A DNA stretch of 63,270 nt, filler included, from Octopus bimaculoides (lineage: Eukaryota): the NCBI RefSeq assembly GCF_001194135.2. It is 6 parts of 5 records of this genome, joined end to end, with 100 filler letters (N's around TTAATTAATTAA, not from the genome) between each part and the next. Parts side by side here need not be neighbours in the genome. Positions count along the whole stretch, not along the records: positions 30,514 to 52,725 come from NC_068983.1; positions 52,826 to 62,158 come from NC_068983.1; positions 62,259 to 63,270 come from NW_026354688.1; 3 more parts are not named here. The stretch is one strand, 5' to 3'. The notes under the pieces were generated by a model. It saw nothing but the letters and a program-made list of their open reading frames with translations. It had not been told where the DNA came from and searched no databases. A program made the position numbers and the translations under genes. Of this stretch, positions 52,366 to 63,270 are shown piece after piece (within the stretch, counting starts at the first letter, position 1; each line of letters begins with the position of its first letter).

Positions 52366-52724
52366 TGTAGTAACGCCGTGCGCATGCGTAGTCTCACGCA
52401 TGCGTAGAATTAAACAAGCAAGCGTTCCCGCTCAATTCATTCTCTTTCTTGCTGGCCAGCAATAGAGCATGGACGTGTCAAGAGTGTCTCCCAACATTCG
52501 AACTCTGGAGACAGTCTCTTTACGTGTTAAGCTGTCTCTCTACATCTTTCAGACTTACACTCGACGGCTCGCTCACATCCACATAACAACGTCCCAACAA
52601 CAGAAGCTGTAACAACAAGAACTAAAGATGTATATATTTACCACCTGAATAAAGTGTTGTTTAAGTTGATAGTCTGGAGTTCAGCGTTCCGTTATATATT
52701 CTTAATTTTATATAGGAAGGTCAG
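52366..52724 (+). mobile_element. LTR-like unit running into a gap
   Basis: Starts TGTAGTAACG; AATAAA at about 52649; its last 110 bp or so are shared with 44838-44963, including the flank TAGGAA(A/G)GTCAG. Confidence 0.5.
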
Positions 52725-52825
52725 ANNNNNNNNNNNNNNNNNNNNNNNNNNNNNNNNNNNNNNNNNNNNTTAATTAATTAANNNNNNNNNNNNNNNNNNN
52801 NNNNNNNNNNNNNNNNNNNNNNNNN

Positions 52826-52960
52826 CAGGACTTATTCTTTGTAAGCCTAGTATTTATTCTATCAGACTCTTTTGCTGAACCGCTAAGTTATGGAGATGTA
52901 AACACACCAACATCGGTTGTCAAGCGATGGTGGGGGGACAAACACAGACACACAAATACA

Positions 52961-52997
<37 letters not shown>

Positions 52998-53160
52998 GCT
53001 TCTTTCAGTCTCTGTCTACCAAATCCACTCACATGTCTTTGGTCAGCCTGAGATTATAGTAGAAGACACCTACCTAAGGTGCCACACAGTGGGACTGAAC
53101 CTGGAACCATGTGGTTGGGAAGCAAGCTTCTTACCACACAGCCATGCTTGCACCTGCACC
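52826..53160 (-). mobile_element. SINE family A (tail lost in the gap)
   Basis: Reverse complement alignment to family A. Confidence 0.8.
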
Positions 53161-53555
53161 CAGCACACACTGTAATGTGGTTGGCATTACGAAGGGCATC
53201 CTGCACTTGAAACCATACCCGAAACAGACAATGGAGCCTGGCCTTACCGGCTCTCGTTCAATCCATGCCAGCCTGAAAGAGACATTAAATGATGATGGAT
53301 GATAATGGTTTGTGTGTGTGCATGCAAGTACCTCTCTTTGCCTTCATATCATGTGATAGCTGTAAAATGGTTGTCACTGTCATATGAGCAGTGTTGTTCT
53401 TTTCCTGTATATTCTGTAAAACATGTCTAGCCATGGGAAAATATTACTAGGAAACAGGTGAAAGTGTCCAGATCCAGAAAATCTGTTGCAATAAACTCTA
53501 TCCATCTCATGTAAGCATAAAAAAGTGGACATTAAAATGATTATGATCATGATAA

Positions 53556-53587
<32 letters not shown>

Positions 53588-53588
53588 A

Positions 53589-53713
<125 letters not shown>

Positions 53714-54544
53714 TTATCTATCTATCTACCTATATNNNNNNNNNNNNNNNNNNNNNNNNNNNNNNNNNNNNNNNNNNNNNNNNNNNNNNNNNNNNNNNNN
53801 NNNNNNNNNNNNNNNNNNNNNNNNNNNNNNNNNNNNNNNNNNNNNNNNNNNNNNNNNNNNNNNNNNNNNNNNNNNNNNNNNNNNNNNNNNNNNNNNNNNN
53901 NNNNNNNNNNNNNNNNNNNNNNNNNNNNNNNNNNNNNNNNNNNNNNNNNNNNNNNNNNNNNNNNNNNNNNNNNNNNNNNNNNNNNNNNNNNNNNNNNNNN
54001 NNNNNNNNNNNNNNNNNNNNNNNNNNNNNNNNNNNNNNNNNNNNNNNNNNNNNNNNNNNNNNNNNNNNNNNNNNNNNNNNNNNNNNNNNNNNNNNNNNNN
54101 NNNNNNNNNNNNNNNNNNNNNNNNNNNNNNNNNNNNNNNNNNNNNNNNNNNNNNNNNNNNNNNNNNNNNNNNNNNNNNNNNNNNNNNNNNNNNNNNNNNN
54201 NNNNNNNNNNNNNNNNNNNNNNNNNNNNNNNNNNNNNNNNNNNNNNNNNNNNNNNNNNNNNNNNNNNNNNNNNNNNNNNNNNNNNNNNNNNNNNNNNNNN
54301 NNNNNNNNNNNNNNNNNNNNNNNNNNNNNNNNNNNNNNNNNNNNNNNNNNNNNNNNNNNNNNNNNNNNNNNNNNNNNNNNNNNNNNNNNNNNNNNNNNNN
54401 NNNNNNNNNNNNNNNNNNNNNNNNNNNNNNNNNNNNNNNNNNNNNNNNNNNNNNNNNNNNNNNNNNNNNNNNNNNNNNNNNNNNNNNNNNNNNNNNNNNN
54501 NNNNNNNNNNNNNNNNNNNNNNNNNNNNNNNNNNNNNNNNNNNT

Positions 54545-54990
54545 TTTGTGCGAGTGGCACATGAAATGCACCATTTTGAGCGTGGCCGTTGCCAGTACCG
54601 CCTGACTGACCTTCGTGTGGGTGACACGTAAAAGCGCCCACTACACTCTCTGAGTGGTTGGCGTTAGGAAGGGCATCCAGCTGTAGAAACTTTGCCAAAT
54701 CAGATTGGAGCCTGGTGTAGCCATCTGGTTTCACCAGTCCTCAGTCAAATCGTCCAACCCATGCTAGCATGGAAAGCGGACGTTAAACGACGACGACGAC
54801 GGTATATACATATATCATCATCATCATTGTTTAGTGTCTACCTTCTGTGCAGGCATGAGTTGGACGGTTTGGCAGGAGTGAACCAGGTAGAAAACAACCC
54901 CAGGTTACTGTCGGTTTTGGCAGGGGATTTTACAGTCAGATGTCCTTCCTACCACCAACCACTCTGCAGAGTGGACTGAGTGCTTTTTTG
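54545..54990. mobile_element. Tail-to-tail pair of family D repeats with RTE-like tails (plus 54545-54800, minus 54815-54990)
   Basis: GAGTGGTTGGCGTTAGGAAGGGCATCCAGCTGTA...CCAACCCATGCTAGCATGGAA..GGACGTTAAACGACGACG and its diverged reverse complement; another copy at about 53170-53310. Confidence 0.7.
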
Positions 54991-55448
54991 CATGTTCAAG
55001 TCGATCTAATCAGTGGTTGCAACCATTTGTATAAATATTTCGAAGAATTGGAACATTCCCTCTTTTCCTGACTGATTCGTTGGTACCTTTCCAGCCTTAT
55101 AATTTAAGGTCTAAGGCAGATACCACTTTTACTTTTTTACTTTTTAATTTTTACATTTTAGTTTTTGTGTTTTTGCTTACCATTTTACATTTTCTACTTT
55201 CTGCATTTTCTATATGCTGCCTTCTCAGTAATTTTTTCTGCATTTCTTCTTTTATTCATTTTGTTTTAGTTTGTTATGATATGTAGTTTGTACCTGAAAA
55301 ATATGTTTGAGTATTTCTCAATATATTGAACTATTAGTAGCACTTAAAGACATGTATTGTACCCATTAAATAAATATCTATCTCTCACCAGATGGAGCAC
55401 TTTCTTTGTTGAATTTTCTATCATGGAACAGTACATTATATACATACA

Positions 55449-55484
<36 letters not shown>

Positions 55485-56164
55485 NNNNNNNNNNNNNNNN
55501 NNNNNNNNNNNNNNNNNNNNNNNNNNNNNNNNNNNNNNNNNNNNNNNNNNNNNNNNNNNNNNNNNNNNNNNNNNNNNNNNNNNNNNNNNNNNNNNNTATG
55601 TATGTATGTATGTATGTATATAATGTACTGTTCCATGATAGAAAATTCAACAAAAGAAGTACTCCAGACATGTTCTTGACCCCCAGACAGAAAATAAACT
55701 GTTTTTACTTAGAATTTTTGTAACTTTTTACTGATATTTGATAAGATGAGATTTATCAAAACTGGTACTATCTTCTTTATATAAATTTTTAATAATTTTT
55801 AAAGCTATTTTTATCAAATTTCTTCTTAAATTGAAATGTCTTAAACACATTTTTTTGCTATTTCCGCCTCCGTTCTTTATAAATAAAAATTTGATTTGTT
55901 TAGATCTCTAATCTTTTTTCAACTATATATATATATATATAGGTATATATATATATATATTTATTTATTTACATACATATACATATATATATTTATCATA
56001 AACATTCATAACAATCAAGGCACCTCAAGACATAGGACACTAGAAATGGCTATATATGATAACATAGAACTCCCATTGAAATTGAAATGGCCTGGTTCTC
56101 AGTTGGTTATAATAATGAGTGTCCAATTTCATCTCATCAATGGAACAGCCTGCTCATATAATTA

Positions 56165-56420
56165 ACGTACTATCAGCTGAGTACTCCACAGACAGGCATA
56201 ACTTCAATATAGTCCTCTGAGAGATTCTGCATGACACAAAAAAAATGACAAGGCTGGCCCTTTGAATTACAAGTATCCCTCATTTTTTCCAGCTGAGCGA
56301 ACTGGATCAACAAATAATAAAATGTTTTGTTCAAGGAGACAATGTACTGCTGGGTATCGAACTCAGAACCATGTGATTGTGAACCAAATACCCTGACCAC
56401 TAAGCCACATGCTTGCACTG
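56165..56420 (-). mobile_element. SINE family C variant
   Basis: Reverse complement homology to 41320-41610. Confidence 0.7.
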
Positions 56421-56599
56421 CATTGAAATAAAGAACACTGAGTACATTGAATTGGTAGCTTTTCCAAATATGATTTAAACCATAGATCTGACACAGGTGG
56501 GTCCTTCGTGTAGTGTAGGTATAAAATGTAAGCACAAATGGTGTTTGGAATTTACAACAACCGTTTTGGTAGAATTTTATTCATTTAATTCACGATATA

Positions 56600-57173
56600 G
56601 AATCCATTCACCCTCTGCATGCAATTAGACTTGAAAAGTTTGCAAGGAACCCATTAGCCCAATTTGCTGACTTTGCCAATGGCATACAGGTGTTGATGAA
56701 TGGTTGAATGATCAAATCCAAGCTTCACTGCTAGTTCCTGAATAGTTACGATGGGATATTATTCTACCAGTGTTTGCAGGACATCCTTGTCAAGCTCTAC
56801 AGATCGCCCGGGATGAGGCTTGTCATTTTTGGCTCAGAATTTCTGGAACCACCATTGACACTAGCTTACCCTTATTGTCTGATCCCCATATACCGTATTA
56901 ATATTCCTTGCACTTTCTGTTGCATTGCTGCCTTTATTGAACTCATAAAGCAAAATATGCTGAATGTGCTCCTTTATCACTTCCAATATAGCTTTGAAAA
57001 AATAACTGTTAAAATCAAACTGCACTCCTCAAAACTTGCACAGAGAATAAGGTCAAAGGTAAAATTACTACATGCTTTTATCGCAAGTTGATGCAGGTAT
57101 TTTATCCGATCCTCCTCCAACAATTAGTTCATGCAATTAAAAAAAAACGCATTATTTATGGGATGACCCAATA
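56600..57173 (-). mobile_element. 5' fragment of a mariner transposon
   Basis: TA + TTGGGTCATCCCATAAATAATGCG terminal repeat at 57147-57173. Translation EVIKEHIQHILLYEFNKGSNATESARNINTVYG...CQWWFQKF...PGRSVELDKDVL...LGFDHSTIHQHL.AIGKVSKLG*WVPCKL (the WVPHEL motif of mariner transposases), with stops. Confidence 0.88.
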
Positions 57174-57813
57174 TACAGTTTTTTATATGTGTATTTTTAT
57201 ATGTAGGTGTGTGCATGAGTTGCTTATATAAAAAGAGACCTGTTACTGTTTTATCTATGAGCTTTCTCAACCCATGAGTTAAAGTTTTAAAACAAACTTA
57301 CATTTATATTAATTAACTATTTATTTACCATTAATTAATTTATTCTGGACATGCATGATTTCTCTTTAATTTAAAATTGCATTTTGTCTCAAGATTGTTT
57401 TTGATTTTATGCAACACGATATTTATGTCATTTCTATTTTCAATTTTAATTTTTATTTGTATTTTATTTTCTATTTGCATATTTACTGTCTCAACTTGCA
57501 TACTTCTGAAAGTCTGTTAGTGGAAACAACCAATCAAATTCAAATGTGTATCTGTCAATGTGAATTATATCAAATTATAAATTATATGTACAACCTCAAT
57601 TCTTATTCCATTCTGGATCACGACTGCTTGATGAACTCTGAGTAGCAGATTTTTGTGATATTTTTGAAATGTTTTTGCAGATTTGATAATAAAGTATATA
57701 TAAAGTAACAAACCGAGGAAAAGAGATCCTTCAAAGGAGTGTGTTAAACATCCAATTCACTAGTATGTCAATTGAATACCATATAAATATTGGTATAATG
57801 CAATTACAAAGAT

Positions 57814-58200
57814 AAATTGAATAGAAAGATACTATTGGCAATCTAATAATATATTTATATTATAATATTACATGATATACTATGAATGTAATATAACATA
57901 AACAGCTATTAAAAAAACATAAAAAGCCAACAAATTGTTTTGACTTATATACATTTTCTGATATACATACACAATAAAAGTTCCCTTATATATAAATCAC
58001 TTCAGGGTCATAGTTTAAAGATAGACGAAATTCCGTCTATATTTAAACCATGACCCTGAAGTGATTTATATATAAGGATACTTTTTTTTCATAATTGTTC
58101 ATGTTATATATATTATGTTATATTACATTCATAGTACATCATGTAATATTATAATATAAATAAATTATTGGATTGTCACTAGTATCTCTCTATTTAATTT
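57814..58200. repeat. Long imperfect palindrome, 387 bp
   Basis: Inner arms 57984-58027 and 58034-58077 (44 bp, 2 mismatches, 6-nt loop); outer arms 57814-57900 and 58114-58200. Confidence 0.9.
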
Positions 58201-58264
58201 ATATATATATATCTTTATATGTGTGTGTATATATATTATATATATATACACATATATCTTTTTC

Positions 58265-58432
58265 TCTCCTTGTTTTTCTCCTTGTTTCTTTCTGTGTTCC
58301 TTTCTGTTGAAGAGCATAGGCTCAAAACGTTAAAGACTTTCTCTATACCCGAGCATTATACTAATACATCCATTTGTTGTTTACACCACCTGTCTTCGTC
58401 TGTTGTTTTTTTGTGAATTCTCCTATATATAT
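58265..58432 (+). mobile_element. Short non-autonomous hammerhead-bearing repeat, copy 2
   Basis: Colinear homology to 40200-40352. Confidence 0.7.
58299..58336 (+). ncRNA. Second copy of the CUGUUGA hammerhead (G12 mutated to A)
   Basis: CCTTT-CTGTTGA-A-GAGC(ATAG)GCTC-AAA-ACGT-T-AAAGA, with flanks homologous to 40200-40350. Confidence 0.6.
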
Positions 58433-61400
58433 CTAAATGTATACACACACGTGCATACACACATACATATGTATCATGGGCTTTCACATACTTTCTATTT
58501 ACAGATTTCACTCCCACAGCATTAGGAAGACACTTGTTGAAGATACAATGAAGTAGAACTGAGCCAAAGACCACATAGTTGTGAAGCACTGCATAGCTTA
58601 ATATACTAAGAAACATTGTGAAGGAAAGTCTTTTGTTTAAACAGTGCTTTTCATTTATGGCTTAAATAGCTTCAGAAGAAAAACTGCATTAAGAAAGATA
58701 CTCTGTGAGTTAGAGTTATAATTTCTGATATATACTAATTTGTTACATGCCACAACAGAGAACCTTCGAAATTGAATGATATAATACGATGTTACATGCT
58801 TGTTCAGATAGCATCCCACATTAAGTCTGTGTTCTTACCTAGCTTTTAAATCTTCCTCTCTATTAAGCACTTATCTATCATCCTAAAAGCAAGATGTTGT
58901 ATGTCCTATCACCAATAAGGTAGCATCTTTCTAACTCTGCTAACAATTTATTTCAGTTCCAATGTTTCAAAGATGATAGCAGCAAATCATTGAAGACCAT
59001 CTCCCATGGCACCTTGAATTTCTTGGTGACCTTTTATCAAGTAGTAATATGGATTTCATAAAGTTATATCTAGTGGTACTTAAGATCATTTCTATGATAT
59101 ATAAGTAGTCTCAAGTACAAGAAAACTGTCATTTATACAAAAGTTGCTGAATACAATAACAAAAAGGAGTTTGTTACATTCACAAACAATATTATAACAA
59201 CAACTGCTAAGATTTTGGTTTCTGTCTTCAACTAAGAAAGAAATTTCAATAAATGAAGAATTCATTATGTATAGCATTGAGTATGCCACCCATTAGTTCA
59301 ATTATCCAAATTCATGCTAGTGGTTCATTTGAATTACTTCTCTTTGATCATTTCATTGTTGACTGACTTAAAAGTCCATGTGAACTTTTAAGCTAGCTCC
59401 TGTGAAGGACTAACTGAACTATAGTCCAAACCTAAAGAGAGCAACAATAATAAAGCATTTATTGGTACCCTACCAATATGCCATTACTTTAAATTCAGTT
59501 TAAATGAAAAACTTGTAAGTTCACACATTTTGGGAGTTCTTTTAAAATTAGAATTTTCAACTGTTAGCATATAACAAATCCTCATCCAGACCTATTCCAA
59601 TGCTGGATGTTCAAGAACCAAGTGAAGGGCAGATTTTCAATCATGGGATCATCCTTATTCCCAAAAGGTATAGTATGTCTATGCAGAGCAAATGTAGATT
59701 GAGATATAGAGGTCCTAGATGGACAGGCAGACAGAATTACACGTTAATTATTATAGATTATATAAGTTAGGCTGGGCAAAGGTTATTCATAACTATTTTT
59801 CTGTTTATAAAAATCTATGCTAATTGATTATCAGGTTTGGTTAGACAATAGTAAGCTGATAAGGTCTGAAAGGCTGAAACATTTCATAGTTGTTTTTCTT
59901 TGGCAACAATGTTCACAGCTGTTTTCACTTAAGTATGCATATCAGGTATAGGCACAATCTTTTGAGAAATGGACTGTGTGAAACATGGCTCTTGGTGGGC
60001 CGTGCTACTAAAAAAATTTTCATTGGTGTTCCTTCTACAAAGTCCCACAGTCTGCAATTTTCTCATGACAGATGTAAATTAATTTTGAGAAATTAACCAT
60101 CAACTAATGAGATCTGTGAATATTTCATGGAATTAATGGTAAACCTACTGGGTTATTTCAGAAAACTTTATCCAAAAAACCTGAAAGTGTAGTCTGTGTC
60201 TGTATGGAAAGATAGTTGCACATCTGCTCCTCATTGAAAAATGGAAGAAATTGGAATAGGATGATTACATAATGCATTTATATATACACATTATATACTT
60301 CAAACACAATTTTATAGATTTAATACACAGTACTCATCAAATATTTTATCTTATTTTTTCTTTTTTCCCGATAAACAAAAACAAATATCGCCGTAGTTAA
60401 ATTGCATATGTCTGCCACATAAATAAGCACAAATATTTCATAGAATTGTACTTATGTGCATGCGTAAAGTGATAGGTGATACAAAAAGTTTAGTTCAATT
60501 AAAAAAAAAAACATTTTTCACTATTCACTCATCATCACCACCACCACCACCACCACCACCACCACCACCACCACCACCACCGCCACCACTTCCATCTCCA
60601 CCAGCACCAGCACCAACAACAACACCACCATCATTATCTCTCTCCCCCTCTCTCTTCTCTACCCCCCTCTCCCCACTCTCTCTCTCTCTGTGCCTGACTT
60701 TACCCTCATCATCAGAACATCACCCCTCTGCTAAAATTATATTTTTGACTCTCCTTCTCTACCATCAACTAACTTTTTTAGCCATGTAATAAATATTACG
60801 TTCTCCTTACCTCATGTCAGGGATGCTTCTCTCTCCCTCTTTTATTCCCTTCATCCTTTTCACTCTCTCCATCATTTTTCTCTCTCCTTTTACTTTCTCC
60901 CTCTTGATCTCCCTTTCCCTTCAACATGAAAGCAGTACAATTACATTTCCTCCTCTACTTCACATCATGGACGCTTCTCTCTCCCCCTTTTCTCTCTACC
61001 TCTTTTTCTCTCTACCTCTTTTTCTCTCTACCTCTTTTTCTCTCTCCGTCTTTTTCTCTCTCTGCCTCTTTTTTTCTTTTCTAATCACATGAAAGTATTA
61101 CAAACTGGCTAAGTATTGAAATGACAACCAGAATTATTTTAAGATTGCTTGAAATTATCCCCCCTTTTCTTTAAGAATTACTAAGTTAACTCTAAGTTTT
61201 CTTTTCCCCAATTAAATAGGATTCACTATTTCACATGTTTATTTAAATGTTCATTTTCTTTTCATCCCTTCTTTCTCTTTGTTTTCATTCTTATTTCTTT
61301 TTGAAATTCTGTCAACTGCCACAGCTAGTTCTGTTGTCATCTAATCTAACAAACACAATCCTTCCTTTCTTTATATTGGATTCTTAAATCCAATATTGTG

Positions 61401-61789
61401 TTCATTGTTAAAAGCAGTGGCTTCAACAATCATTCACTTCCATCATTCTACTCTTCATAGTGGTTTAATAATCCCGTAATATCTAATGACATCAAAATCC
61501 GTCCTCCTTGCCCCACAAAAACAAAAAAACTAAAAGTATTATAAACCTTCAAAATCTTTGTTATGTTATCCAATCCAATCTGATATTCTGCACTTTAATT
61601 GAAGTTTTTCATTAGCAAAGTTTTAAGAATAGAATTTGTTTTAAAATATTGAAATTTGGCGAAATCATTTTTATATTGCAAATGATGGCATCAGGTGTTG
61701 TATTCTCTCACAGTATATCTTTATTTCTTCTATAACTATTTTGGTAATAGATGATATACTGCAGCCCTTGTCTTCTTGTTGGAAAAATC

Positions 61790-62158
61790 ATTGTCATTGT
61801 TGTCGTCATCATTGTCTTTACCTTTGTCATTGGTGTCAGCATTGTCATCATTGTCGTCGTCATCGTCATTGTTGTCATCATCGTCATTGTCATTGTCATC
61901 ACTATCGTTGTCTTCATTGTCATTGATGTCATTGTCGTCATCATCATTGTCATCATTGTCATCATCATCATCATCATCATTGTCGTCGTCATTGTCGTCA
62001 TCATCATTGTCATTGTCATCATTGTCATTGTCATCATCATTGTCGTCATTGTCATCATCATCATTGTTGTCGTTGTTATTATTGCCATTGTTGTTGTCAT
62101 CATCATCGTCATTGTCGGCGTCATCATTGTCATCATCATCATCATTGTCGTCATCATC
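61790..62158. repeat. Degenerate (CAT/TGT/CGT)n trinucleotide tract
   Basis: Directly visible; runs into a gap. Confidence 0.9.
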
Positions 62159-62619
62159 NNNNNNNNNNNNNNNNNNNNNNNNNNNNNNNNNNNNNNNNNN
62201 NNTTAATTAATTAANNNNNNNNNNNNNNNNNNNNNNNNNNNNNNNNNNNNNNNNNNNNGCAGATATACAAAATAGCTCAGTATGAGACCGTTTAACGGCA
62301 GATTTAAAAGTCCCCGACTCAACCTCATGTTTCGGGATGATGATGAAAATCTCTTTGACTCGTGAAATTATTTCAAATCAAGGTTTGTATAGTTTGTGAC
62401 TTAGTTGGAGGCGGCGATAGAAAAATATGTTTCTGTTGCATATACATCGACACACAATCATCACTATTTGGAGTTGCTCATTTCATTCTTCTTCTTAGAG
62501 ATTGATTTAATCTACTAATAACGTAGATAGTCACAGTTCATAAAAGTTTCCCAATTTACTCAATTATAACATATTGGTTTATGTAATAAATAAGTAATGT
62601 CTGCAACTAGAAAATCGAC

Positions 62620-62691
62620 AGCAGAATGGTGCAGTTGGAACATGCTGGGTTCATAAGGTAGAGGTCCGTAATTCGAAACTACGCTCAGTTA
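62620..62691 (+). pseudogene. Decayed full-length tRNA-iMet copy
   Basis: AGCAGAATGGTGCAGTTGGAACATGCTGGGTTCATAAGGTAGAGGTCCGTAATTCGAAACTACGCTCAGTTA is colinear (72 nt) with 63167-63238, but the acceptor and anticodon stems are broken. Confidence 0.8.
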
Positions 62692-62881
62692 TATACTTGT
62701 TAGTTTTTAAATGTCTTATTACAAATTCCATAAGCAACACGTCTTTTGTTTTACTCACTGCACTGCGTCCATGTCAGGGTACGGTTCTTGAATTATTGTT
62801 TTTTTAGTAGAACAGATCGATTCCATTACAGACATACACACACGCACACACACATATATTATTCCCTCAACAGTTGTCAAG

Positions 62882-62919
62882 AGCAGAGAGATGCAGTGGG
62901 AGCGAGCTGGTCCCATAAC
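62882..62919 (+). pseudogene. 5' half of a decayed tRNA-iMet copy
   Basis: AGCAGAGAGATGCAGTGGGAGCGAGCTGGTCCCATAAC matches the first 38 nt or so of 63167-63238, then runs into (CA)n. Confidence 0.7.
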
Positions 62920-62933
62920 GCCATTACACAAAT

Positions 62934-62964
<31 letters not shown>

Positions 62965-63166
62965 CATGCACATACACACAAATCAGAAAGAAAAGTGTAA
63001 TAAACAGTGAAATTTAAGTTATACACATTGCTTATGTTTCCAGTCTTGAGGAGGTTTTAGTTTATTAATTTCCAATTACCAAAGTTTTCCTGCTCACAAC
63101 TTTTACATTTGTATGACCTCGCAACTTTTGCCTCAAATCATTATTATCATCAATCAGTAAATCGTT

Positions 63167-63238
63167 AGCAGAGTGGCGCAGTGGGAGCGTGCTTGGCCCA
63201 TAACCCAGAGGTCCGTAGAACGAAACTACGCTCTGCTA
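63167..63238 (+). tRNA. Initiator tRNA-Met (CAT), 72 nt, near-intact
   Basis: AGCAGAG/CTCTGCT acceptor stem with A1:U72, discriminator A, CAT anticodon in loop CCCATAA, perfect T-stem CGTAG/CTACG. Deviations from the metazoan tRNAi consensus: anticodon stem CTTGG instead of CTGGG (one mismatch) and T-loop AACGAAA instead of ATCGAAA. Confidence 0.85.
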
Positions 63239-63270
63239 AGAAAGTAGGCATGAATACGTATGTTTTCTTT

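Noticed and set aside
58640-59700. Possible decayed LINE ORF
   Set aside because: No diagnostic motif could be recovered by hand translation.
60454-60789. Poly-Pro ORF
   Set aside because: (CCA)n microsatellite followed by a CT-rich tract.
61708-62210. Poly-Asp/Asn, poly-Met/Thr or poly-Ile/Val ORFs
   Set aside because: A trinucleotide microsatellite open in several frames; no start context or domain.

Overview
AT-rich, microsatellite-dense eukaryotic genomic DNA. The SINE families and repeat style point to an octopus (coleoid cephalopod) draft assembly; this is inference, not a database result. There are 17 N-gaps, five of them 100-bp spacers containing an artificial TTAATTAATTAA, so nearly all long ORFs in the supplied track are gap or microsatellite artefacts. 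Only one host protein-coding gene is recognisable: a FoxL2 forkhead transcription factor (minus strand, 29106 to at least 30413), uninterrupted over the sequenced part. Its frame stays open into a gap, so the true ATG is not in the sequence. At the right end is a near-intact initiator tRNA-Met gene with two decayed copies at about 270-bp spacing. The rest is transposon debris: a roughly 3.9-kb Penelope-like element (GIY-YIG), a full-length dead Tc1, a mariner fragment, a pogo/Tigger-type MITE, a Helitron fragment, RTE, Tx1, RLE-type and CR1/L2 LINE ends, three solo-LTR-like units and several tRNA-derived SINE families. The most interesting signal outside the ORF track is a set of minimal type-I hammerhead-ribozyme motifs (about 7, from several families). 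One family carries a non-canonical CUGUUGA core in both copies. Also notable are a SINE tail shared with a Tx1-like LINE 3' end and several long fold-back palindromes.
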